The position numbers and the translations under genes were made by a program. The notes beneath the pieces were generated by a model. The model ran no database searches. It worked only from the letters and a program-made list of their open reading frames with translations, and was not told where the DNA came from. A stretch of 64,000 nucleotides of DNA, from positions 6,839 to 70,838 of IMG/VR virus record IMGVR_UViG_2595698635_000001; one strand, given 5' to 3'. The stretch is from a virus. Taxonomy: Duplodnaviria; Caudoviricetes. How positions within the stretch are numbered: position 1 is the stretch's first letter; every line of letters starts with the position of its first letter. Shown piece by piece: positions 57,183 through 64,000 of this stretch.

Positions 57183-57442
57183 CGGGTCTGGTCCAGGGTC
57201 GGGCGGGGCTTCGGGCCGTGATCGGGGCAGAGCAGCCGTCCGATCTGGTCGCACGCGCCGCACACCGGGGCGGCGTCGGCAGCCTGGCGGCGGTCGGTGG
57301 CCCGCGCCAGCCGGTCGGCGCTGGCGGCGTCCCGCTGGAGGTCGATCAGCGTGTCGAGCTTCTGGTTCATGTCCTTGAGCAGGGTCAGGAACTCGTTCAC
57401 GGTGTGCGCGATGTCAAGGTCGATCTTGGGCAGGAGGCCCAT
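57179..57442 (-). CDS. Hypothetical protein
   Basis: GAAAGG RBS. Confidence 0.65.
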   Translation of the reverse strand: MGLLPKIDLDIAHTVNEFLTLLKDMNQKLDTLIDLQRDAASADRLARATDRRQAADAAPVCGACDQIGRLLCPDHGPKPRPTLDQTR

Positions 57443-57710
57443 CGTAGGTGCCTTTCGTGGTGATCGGGAGACCGTTACGCCTCAGCTTGGCGATCTCGTT
57501 CTTGCGGGTGCGGTGGTCTGACGGCGTGCCGCTCAGGCCCCCGATGAATCGTCCGTTCAGCCTCACTTTCCAATGGCCAGGGCGGGTCCGCCCGTGGGGC
57601 TCCAGCTCACCGCCCGCCGCCTCGATGGCGGCGAGCAGTGTCTTGAGTTCCTTGTGCCCGTTGCAGCGCCGTGACTTGCCGGACCCCGGTTGGGGCGGCG
57701 TGACCGTCAC
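57414..57710 (-). CDS. HicA-like protein
   Basis: KELKTLL...GG...GHWKV...GTPSDHR...IAKLRRNG. Confidence 0.65.
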   Translation of the reverse strand: MTVTPPQPGSGKSRRCNGHKELKTLLAAIEAAGGELEPHGRTRPGHWKVRLNGRFIGGLSGTPSDHRTRKNEIAKLRRNGLPITTKGTYDGPPAQDRP

Positions 57711-57928
57711 CGGCCCGCCGCCATTTCCTCGGCGCGCATGTGCTGGCCCATGAAGAACCCGGCGGTGCGCTGAGCGTGCGTGTAGCTGGTGGCGATGGCC
57801 TTGCCGAACCACACTCCGTGGTGCGCCACCTCTACGCGGAACCGACCGTCGAGCAGGTCGGTGATGATCCACTCGAAGTCACCGTCGTACTCGGTGGTGG
57901 AGGTGGTGGTGATCTCGATGGTGACCAT
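57707..57928 (-). CDS. Small protein, first gene of module 8
   Basis: GAGGAG RBS. Confidence 0.7.
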   Translation of the reverse strand: MVTIEITTTSTTEYDGDFEWIITDLLDGRFRVEVAHHGVWFGKAIATSYTHAQRTAGFFMGQHMRAEEMAAGR

Positions 57929-57947
57929 GACGGTCTCCTCTCTGTCT

Positions 57948-58005
57948 GGCGGGCCGGTCCCGCGCTGACCTGATCTAAGTTACCCGAGTCAGTCGGGTAT
58001 GTCAA
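57948..58005 (-). promoter_or_regulatory. Module 8: TTGACA-N17-TAACTT, operator 57980-58000, hairpin 57948-57963
   Basis: Repeat motif match. Confidence 0.85.
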
Positions 58006-58195
58006 CAACCCTGACCGGCAAATATCGGGGCGCAGCCGGGTGACGGCGGACGCGCCCGTCCAGCTTGGGCGCGAACCGCTTCCCGCACACCTGGCACTCG
58101 GCCCGGCCCTTGAAGTTCCGGTGCGGCCACTCGCCCGAGCCTGGGCAGCGCGGCGGTCGGCGCAGCTCCAGCGGCAGCAGAAGCTCGCGGCTCAT
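57989..58195 (-). CDS. Small Zn-finger protein
   Basis: CPGSG...CQVCG...H. Confidence 0.6.
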   Translation of the reverse strand: MSRELLLPLELRRPPRCPGSGEWPHRNFKGRAECQVCGKRFAPKLDGRVRRHPAAPRYLPVRVVDIPD

Positions 58196-58389
58196 CGTGG
58201 CGGGCTGATCACGCCGTCGGCGTCGAGGTAGCTCCAGTCGGTCGGCAAGAAGCCGTCCCGGCACAGCCACTCATCGAGCGCGGTGAACAGCTCAGCGCCG
58301 CGCTCTACGTCGGCCTGGCTGAGGCGCTGATCGGCGCTCACGCGAGCGCACAGGGCGCGTAGCTCGTTCAGTGTGGCGTTGGGGTCCAT
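58192..58389 (-). CDS. Hypothetical protein (MDPNATL...ALDEWL...GFLP)
   Basis: AGGAG RBS. Confidence 0.75.
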   Translation of the reverse strand: MDPNATLNELRALCARVSADQRLSQADVERGAELFTALDEWLCRDGFLPTDWSYLDADGVISPPR

Positions 58390-58444
58390 CTTGGTCTCCT
58401 ATCGGTGAGGGCGGGCCAGCCTGAGCCAGCCCGCCCTCAGTCGG

Positions 58445-58663
58445 TCATCGGACGGTGATCCACCGCATGGTCGTGGCCAGCAGGTCGTCGTAGTCCCCGT
58501 CGGTGGCCTCGTTGACGTAGGCGGTCACCTCGTCGGCGGGCACCCCGGCCTGGCGCAGGGCGCGCTGGACCTTGGACACGATCAGGAACCCGTTTCCGTC
58601 CTGGCCGATCAGCTCCACCTCCACCTCGGGGTACTTCGGCCCGTCGGCCTCGGCGGCGCTCAC
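58445..58663 (-). CDS. Hypothetical protein (LIGQDGNGF...GDYDDLL)
   Basis: Conserved-looking small phage protein; GTGA overlap. Confidence 0.75.
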   Translation of the reverse strand: MSAAEADGPKYPEVEVELIGQDGNGFLIVSKVQRALRQAGVPADEVTAYVNEATDGDYDDLLATTMRWITVR

Positions 58664-59316
58664 CAGCGGTTCGGCTCGGACTCGGGGTGGACGTAGCCAC
58701 CGCCCGCGAACGGGCCACCGCCCCGGCCACCTCGGCCACCGCCGGGCGCAGCGCTGCCGCCCCCGCCCAGGCCGACGATGAGCATCCCCGAGAACGGGTC
58801 ACCATGGTCCACCGCGCCGACGGTCTCAGACCGCTCCACGCGCCCGAACCGGCCCATCACCTCGGCGGTGGGCGGCTCCGCGCCGGGCGGGGGACCGAGG
58901 TGGTCGCCGCCGGTCATGTGGACCAGGCTCGGCCAGTTGGCCTCCCCGATGAACTCCAGCAGGCCCGGCCAGTTGAACCGGCGGGTCTCCGAGCCCGTCA
59001 CGACCCAGCGCACCGACCGGCCCTCACGCCAGCCGAGGGCGGCGTAGCTGTACTCGCGCCCGGCCTGGTACTTGGTGAAGTAGACCACCGGGCGGTCGTC
59101 GGCCCCGACCTCGGGCATCTTGGGCCGAGCCGCCTCGCGGGCCATCAGCAGCGCGCGGGCCTCGGCGCGCTCGCGCTCACCGGCCAGCTCCAGCAGGCGC
59201 GCGGCCTCCTGGCGCAGGTACGCGGCGCTGGGCGGCTGAGCGGTCACGCCCTCCGAGGGCGCGGTGGCGCGCTCACCCTCGGGCAGGCTGACGCTCTCGT
59301 TCGCGTAGTCAGTCAT
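58660..59316 (-). CDS. Hypothetical protein
   Basis: AAGGAG RBS. Confidence 0.7.
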   Translation of the reverse strand: MTDYANESVSLPEGERATAPSEGVTAQPPSAAYLRQEAARLLELAGERERAEARALLMAREAARPKMPEVGADDRPVVYFTKYQAGREYSYAALGWREGRSVRWVVTGSETRRFNWPGLLEFIGEANWPSLVHMTGGDHLGPPPGAEPPTAEVMGRFGRVERSETVGAVDHGDPFSGMLIVGLGGGGSAAPGGGRGGRGGGPFAGGGYVHPESEPNRW

Positions 59317-60229
59317 CGGTCTTGCTCTCCTTCTTGGTGTCGCGAGCCTCGGCCCGGTCGGCCTTGGTCTCCTTGGTGGTGGCGTCCTTGGCGGGCTTGT
59401 CGTCCGCGTCGGTCTTGGTGGTGGGCTTCCGGTCGTTGCGCGACCAGCCAGCGTCCACGGCGGGCTTGAGGTGGCGTTCCACCTCGTCGGTGAGCCGGTC
59501 GTTACCGGTCAGGGTGCGCTCGGTGTCGCGCATCGGCTTGAGGATGGACAGCTCGCGCACCGGGATCACGCGCTTGGTGAACGTGGTGCCGTTGGGGTTC
59601 TTGGTCACGGTCACCTCGGCCTCGTCCAGCCGGGTCAGCGGGTCGTCAGCGCCGCCGTTGCCGTACTGCGGGTGGACCACGGCCCAGCTGGCCAACGATT
59701 CAGCCGTCGCCAGGAGATTCCACGGGCGGTCGGGGAAATCGCCCACAGCGTCTCGCTCAGCCACGATCTCCTCCCAGTCGTGGGTCTTCACGGTCTGGGC
59801 CGGACTCAGCCCGAACGCCCGGCTGATGCCGTGGTCCGAGTCGGGGTCACCGATCACGACGTAGCGCGTGTCGGTGCGCGTGTCCTGGGCCTCCACGCCA
59901 TGGGTCACCTGAGCGCCCTTGCTGAGGCCGATCACCACGGCAGGGTCGTCGGTCTGGGCCACCACGGCGGCGACCTGAGGCACCGACGCCTGAGGGTTGG
60001 CCCAGGGCGCGCCGTCGTAGATCGGCACCTCCAGCTGGTCGCGGTCGGTGACGAACGGGTCGGTGAGCCCGGTCGGGCTGCCGCCCGTACCGAACACCTC
60101 GGTGAGCTTCATGCCGGTACCGGTGCCGCCGATGAACACGACGTCGGTCTTGGCCGCAGCGAGCGCGGTGGGCGTCACCAGGGCGGCGACAGTGGCCGCG
60201 CAGGCGGCGGTGGTGAGCAGGGTCTTCAT
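59309..60229 (-). CDS. Secreted PE-PPE-domain serine hydrolase-like protein
   Basis: Signal peptide; GGTG, IGLSKGA (GxSxG), IGDP, D.VGDFPDRPWNLLA...VHPQY. Confidence 0.8.
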   Translation of the reverse strand: MKTLLTTAACAATVAALVTPTALAAAKTDVVFIGGTGTGMKLTEVFGTGGSPTGLTDPFVTDRDQLEVPIYDGAPWANPQASVPQVAAVVAQTDDPAVVIGLSKGAQVTHGVEAQDTRTDTRYVVIGDPDSDHGISRAFGLSPAQTVKTHDWEEIVAERDAVGDFPDRPWNLLATAESLASWAVVHPQYGNGGADDPLTRLDEAEVTVTKNPNGTTFTKRVIPVRELSILKPMRDTERTLTGNDRLTDEVERHLKPAVDAGWSRNDRKPTTKTDADDKPAKDATTKETKADRAEARDTKKESKTDD

Positions 60230-60326
60230 GGTCTGGTCTCTCTGGGTAGGTGCTGGCGGGGTATCTGGTGGCGGTAGGTGGCCCGCCGGGCTCGGTGCTG
60301 AACCCGGCGGGCCGGTCTTGGTGAGG

Positions 60327-60617
60327 TCAGCCGACCTCGGGGCGGTCGTCGGTGTGGCCGTTGACGTAGTTGGTCACGCGGATGACGTCCATGCCGTTGG
60401 CGGTGTCCAGGTCGAACACGGCCACGCGGGCCTCGGTGCCGGTCTCGCCGTCGGCGTAGGTGCCGATCAGGACGTTCCAGGTCACGGTGGTCCAGGTGAT
60501 CTGAGCGCCGGTCAGCTCGACCAGCTCCATCATCGCGCCGAACATGGTGGTCACGCCGTGATCTTCGCTCAGCGCTTCGACGGCCCCGGCGGTGACGGCG
60601 ACGATGTTGTTGGCCAT
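60327..60617 (-). CDS. Hypothetical protein, first gene of module 9
   Basis: AAGGAGAG RBS. Confidence 0.75.
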   Translation of the reverse strand: MANNIVAVTAGAVEALSEDHGVTTMFGAMMELVELTGAQITWTTVTWNVLIGTYADGETGTEARVAVFDLDTANGMDVIRVTNYVNGHTDDRPEVG

Positions 60618-60638
60618 GGTGTCTCTCCTTTGTCTGTC

Positions 60639-60695
60639 GGCGGGACGGCCCCGCCTCACACCCATTAAGTTACCCGAGTCAGTCGGGTATGTCAA
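60639..60695 (-). promoter_or_regulatory. Module 9: TTGACA-N17-TAACTT, operator 60670-60690, hairpin 60639-60655
   Basis: Repeat motif match. Confidence 0.85.
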
Positions 60696-60718
60696 CAACA
60701 ACTAGCAGCAAATTGTGA

Positions 60719-60751
60719 TGGCCCGCCCTGGCCGATCACCAGGGCGGGCCA
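60719..60751 (-). terminator. Stem-loop after the DUF932 gene
   Basis: TGGCCCGCCCTGG / CCAGGGCGGGCCA. Confidence 0.7.
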
Positions 60752-60760
60752 CGCTCCCCG

Positions 60761-61822
60761 CTAGGCGGGCAGCAGCGCCGTGAACAGCTGGCCCTTGAGC
60801 TGGCCCAGGCTGTCCGACATCAGCGTCCGCTGAGCCCGGCGGATGGCGCGCTCCTCGTCGGTGGCGTCAGCGCCGAGGCTGACCGGGGCCACATGGTCGA
60901 GGTAGCGGGTGCCCGCGTTGTAGGCCCCGAACGCCGTGCCCTTGAACGCGGCCACGGTGGCGTCGCTGGCGTAGACCTCGAAGACCTCCAGCGCCTTGGC
61001 CTTGCGGGCCTCGGCCTGCTTCTCGGTGGTGGCCCCGCCGACGCCCCAGACGGCCTCCAGGCTCTCCAGAACCTCGGCGTCGGACATCTCCCGCGCGATC
61101 AGCCGCTCGCACTGCTCCACGAACGTGTCGCGGTAGGCGAACGTCAGCCCGAGCAGCGCCCGCACCTCGGCCAGACGGGCCTTCGGGGAGCCGGTGTGGC
61201 GCAGCGCCACCTGGGACCGCGCCGAGCCCTCGGCCATCCGCTGAGTGTTGGCGCACACGATCCGCACCGGGCTGATCAGCGCCCGCAGGCTGGCCTCGCC
61301 CGAGTGGTTGTTCAGGACGGAGATATACAGGTCGGTGGTGTCCAGCTCGCCCGTGACCGGGCTGCGAAACTCCATGTGGGCGGGCATCTTCATCGTGACG
61401 AAGGTGTCCCGGCCACCGCGCAGCGCGCCGATGGTCTCGATGTGTGCGCCGCCCTCGTCCACGATCTCGCTCAGCAGCTCGGTGGTCTCCTCGTTCTGGA
61501 ACGGGGTCCACCGGTCACCGACCACGCCCAGCGCCTCGGTGCCGCCGTTGATCGGGTTGGTCCGCACCACCGCGTAGCGGTCGGGAACGATCAGGCTGAG
61601 GGTCGCGCCCTCCACGCCCGACTGGTCCGGCACCTCGGCGGTCAGCGGCACCTTGCGGACGTCCCAGCCGCGCATGTGGGCGGCGTCCAGGGCCTCGTCG
61701 GTGGTCATGGCGTGGCCGACGGCCTGGCCGAGGCGGTGCCAGGCGCTGACTGTGCCGTCGGCGCGGGCCTCGGAGTCGGCGAAGCTGGTCACGCCGTCGG
61801 TGGTGTCGAGTTCGTGGGCCAT
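60761..61822 (-). CDS. DUF932-family protein
   Basis: AWHRLG, LGVVG.RW.PFQN, ETIGALRGG, NNHSG, SPVRIVCANT. Confidence 0.85.
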   Translation of the reverse strand: MAHELDTTDGVTSFADSEARADGTVSAWHRLGQAVGHAMTTDEALDAAHMRGWDVRKVPLTAEVPDQSGVEGATLSLIVPDRYAVVRTNPINGGTEALGVVGDRWTPFQNEETTELLSEIVDEGGAHIETIGALRGGRDTFVTMKMPAHMEFRSPVTGELDTTDLYISVLNNHSGEASLRALISPVRIVCANTQRMAEGSARSQVALRHTGSPKARLAEVRALLGLTFAYRDTFVEQCERLIAREMSDAEVLESLEAVWGVGGATTEKQAEARKAKALEVFEVYASDATVAAFKGTAFGAYNAGTRYLDHVAPVSLGADATDEERAIRRAQRTLMSDSLGQLKGQLFTALLPA

Positions 61823-61847
61823 GGTGGTCTCCTCTGGGTCGGTGTCA

Positions 61848-61903
61848 GCGGGCCGGTCCCGCCTGACAAGAACTAAGTTACCCGAGTGAGTCGGGTATGT
61901 CAA
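61848..61903 (-). promoter_or_regulatory. Module 10: TTGACA-N17-TAACTT, operator 61878-61898, hairpin 61848-61863
   Basis: Repeat motif match. Confidence 0.85.
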
Positions 61904-61921
61904 GCTCTGCTAGCAGGCAAT

Positions 61922-62074
61922 TTAGACGGAAATTAGGCCGAGCCCGAGGAACACGGGGATGGCCAGGAACCCGCCCAGGGCCATCACGGCCCCGGCGTAG
62001 CTCCATGCGGAGCGGTCGGGCGCGCCCGCCACCAGGAAGCACCCGGCCAGGGCGATGACGACGAGCACGATCAC
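61922..62074 (-). CDS. Small membrane protein (2 TM)
   Basis: Hydrophobic; GTGA overlap. Confidence 0.6.
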   Translation of the reverse strand: MIVLVVIALAGCFLVAGAPDRSAWSYAGAVMALGGFLAIPVFLGLGLISV

Positions 62075-62433
62075 GGCATGACCACCTTGAACTCGGAGCG
62101 GAGCAGGCACTGGCGCTTGCCCCTCGGTTTGACCAAGCAGTACAGCGGCTGGCCGTCGTTGGTGGCCATCACCGCGCTGATGCGGCACCTGAGCCCGGCG
62201 TACTCGGCCACGTCGCCCACAATGGGCACCACTGCCGTCTCATCGTCGCCCAGGCGGTTCAGCGCGGCGTCCTCGGCCTCGGCCTGGGCGTCGTCCTTGG
62301 TGGCGTGCCAGCCGATCTCCACGCCCGGCCCGTCCACGAACCAGGGCGTGCCCGAGCCCTTGGCGCTCATCCACCTGGTGATCTTGTACGGCCCGGCGGT
62401 GTACTCGCCGGGCTCGGGCCTGGTCCACTTCAC
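62071..62433 (-). CDS. Hypothetical protein
   Basis: GGAGG RBS; GTGA overlap. Confidence 0.65.
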   Translation of the reverse strand: MKWTRPEPGEYTAGPYKITRWMSAKGSGTPWFVDGPGVEIGWHATKDDAQAEAEDAALNRLGDDETAVVPIVGDVAEYAGLRCRISAVMATNDGQPLYCLVKPRGKRQCLLRSEFKVVMP

Positions 62434-62720
62434 TCGGGGCCTCCCGTCAGGAGGCGGCTGACGCCGCTGGGCACCTGGGCCGAGCCACCGCACCCGCAGA
62501 GCGTGCGGGCGGCGTAGATGGCGTCGGGGCAGCAGGCGTTCGCGTGGAACTCGTCCCACCACTCCGACCAGGTGAGCGCGTGGTCGAAGGTCTCGCCCAG
62601 GTTGGCGGGCTGGTCACCCTCGGGCGCTGGCGCGCTGGCGGGCCGGTGAGACCGGACGAACGTGGCGTAGCCGCCGTCACCGACCCGGCTCGGGGCGGTC
62701 TCGCGGGACTGGAACTTCAT
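62430..62720 (-). CDS. Hypothetical protein
   Basis: GAGGGA RBS. Confidence 0.65.
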   Translation of the reverse strand: MKFQSRETAPSRVGDGGYATFVRSHRPASAPAPEGDQPANLGETFDHALTWSEWWDEFHANACCPDAIYAARTLCGCGGSAQVPSGVSRLLTGGPE

Positions 62721-62733
62721 CGGGCGGTCCCTC

Positions 62734-63051
62734 TCAGTAACCGGCAGCCGCGAGGGCTGCCTTGGCGTCGGCGGCGGCGGGGATCGACTTCACGTAGACG
62801 ATGGACGAGTCGGGCCGGTGGTCGATGTCGTACCCGGCGGCGGTCATGGCCTCGGCCAGCTGGCCAGCCTTGCGGACGTTGGCCGAGTCGAGGTCGCTGA
62901 CGCTGACCCAGACTTGCGCCGGGACCGTCCGACCGTTGCCGCGCCGGGCGCAGTAGCCGGGCTTCGGGAACGGCTGAGTGATGATTCCGAAGTCGCGCTT
63001 GAGGGCGCGGCTGATGTGCGGGGCGGTCGGCAGGCCGTTGGTCACGGTCAT
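62734..63051 (-). CDS. Hypothetical protein, first gene of module 11
   Basis: GAGGAG RBS. Confidence 0.75.
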   Translation of the reverse strand: MTVTNGLPTAPHISRALKRDFGIITQPFPKPGYCARRGNGRTVPAQVWVSVSDLDSANVRKAGQLAEAMTAAGYDIDHRPDSSIVYVKSIPAAADAKAALAAAGY

Positions 63052-63071
63052 GGTGGTCTCCTCGGGGTCTC

Positions 63072-63128
63072 GGCGGGTCGGCCCCGCCTCACACGAACTA
63101 AGTTACCCGACTGACTCGGGTATGTCAA
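63072..63128 (-). promoter_or_regulatory. Module 11: TTGACA-N17-TAACTT, operator 63103-63123 (core inverted), hairpin 63072-63088
   Basis: Repeat motif match. Confidence 0.85.
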
Positions 63129-63169
63129 GCGCCCCGACCAGGCTATTCACCTGGCCGGGGCGCTCGGGC

Positions 63170-63772
63170 TCACTCAGACGCAGCGGCCTTGCGGGCGGCG
63201 CGGCGCTCACGGCGGGCCTGGAGGCGCTTGGCCTTGTCCTCGGGGGACTCGGCGGCGCGCTTGGCCAGCCGACGCTCGGCCCGGCGGGCGCGGCGAGCGG
63301 CCTTCTTGGCGTCGGCGTCGTCGGCCACCGGGGCGGGCTCGGCCACCGCGCCCTCGGTCTCGGCCTCGGCCTGAACCTCGGTCTCCTCGGCGTCGGCCTC
63401 GGTGACGATCTCGGTCTCGGGCTCGGCGGCGGGCTCGACCTCGGTCGGCAGTTCGATCTGGGCCTCGGCCTTCGGGGCCTTCTTGGCCAGCTTGGCCGCG
63501 ACCAGCTCGGTGAACGCCTCGGCGGGGATCTCGCCCCAGCCGTCCAGGAACTCGGTGCCGTCGATCTTGCCGTTGATGGCGGTCGGGACCACCGGGTAGA
63601 CCTTGGCGTCGGCTCCGTGGAGACGGCCCTTGGCTGCCTTGTAGGCGGCGGCGAACGTCTTGTGCCAGGTGGCACCGTCGACCGTGGCGACGTAGGGCAT
63701 GGTGCCTGAGGTGCGGGTGACGGGGGCGTTCTCGGTGCCGGGGATCTGGGCGGTGAAGGTGATGGTGGCCAT
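63170..63772 (-). CDS. Hypothetical protein with acidic linker and basic C-terminal tail
   Basis: AAGGAGAG RBS; GC3 codons. Confidence 0.75.
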   Translation of the reverse strand: MATITFTAQIPGTENAPVTRTSGTMPYVATVDGATWHKTFAAAYKAAKGRLHGADAKVYPVVPTAINGKIDGTEFLDGWGEIPAEAFTELVAAKLAKKAPKAEAQIELPTEVEPAAEPETEIVTEADAEETEVQAEAETEGAVAEPAPVADDADAKKAARRARRAERRLAKRAAESPEDKAKRLQARRERRAARKAAASE

Positions 63773-63796
63773 GGTGTCTCTCCTTGGGTTGTTGTC

Positions 63797-63853
63797 GGCG
63801 GGTCGGCCCCGCCTCACATCAACTAAGTTACCCGAGTCAGTCGGGTAAGTCAA
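63797..63853 (-). promoter_or_regulatory. Module 12: TTGACT-N17-TAACTT, operator 63828-63848, hairpin 63797-63813
   Basis: Repeat motif match. Confidence 0.85.
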
Positions 63854-63950
63854 GCGAACCGTGGAGGAAATTGTGAACCAGGTTCTCCCTGGTCAGCGCC
63901 AGGAGAAACGTCCACCCCCGGTACCGCCCCCGTCACCGGCTCCGAGCACC

Positions 63951-63979
63951 AAGTTACCCGACTCACTCGGGTAAGTCAA
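63951..63979 (-). promoter_or_regulatory. Module 13: TTGACT-N17-TAACTT, operator 63954-63974 (core inverted)
   Basis: Repeat motif match; tandem with module 12. Confidence 0.8.
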
Positions 63980-64000
63980 CCCTCCTGGTATCCTGCGCCC

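Noticed and set aside
55853-63853. Several ORFs beginning MTYPTDSGNL..., suggesting a shared leader peptide
   Set aside because: Artefact of translating the promoter-operator repeat from the TTG of the -35 box; real starts lie downstream after an RBS
56049-63974. Repeats as a CRISPR array
   Set aside because: Spacing is irregular (0.1-2.7 kb) with whole genes between copies, and repeats match promoter consensus; the Cas4-like gene is a stand-alone phage nuclease

Overview
This window is most of the genome of a high-GC, lytic, long-tailed mycobacteriophage with cluster B-like gene order; the cluster assignment is inferred from synteny and recognised proteins, not from a search. The + strand 1-29.9 kb carries virion genes: portal end, MuF/protease fusion, two capsid proteins, three membrane proteins, major tail, head-tail joining genes, tail chaperone, a 1989-aa tape measure and minor tails. 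HTH genes and a lysA-holin-lysB cassette follow (29.9-34.5 kb). A leftward replication block (34.6-48.5 kb) encodes a Cas4-like nuclease, SF2 helicase, primase-helicase and family A polymerase. After a strand-switch region and a rightward block (48.9-53.9 kb) comes a leftward array of small genes (54-64 kb). I found no integrase, tRNA or CRISPR array. The most notable signals are: (1) 13 copies of a palindromic operator TTACCCGA-N5-TCGGGTAA, mostly filling the spacer of SigA-type promoters, nine of them followed by a conserved RNA hairpin and RBS, forming cassette-like expression modules; (2) a second, displaced tail-chaperone paralog with a probable non-canonical -1 frameshift; (3) pervasive leaderless promoters, some with a CACGGT-N7-TANNNT motif; (4) candidate anti-defence, HicA-like and PE-PPE hydrolase genes. 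Many start sites were re-called by eye from RBS and overlap evidence.
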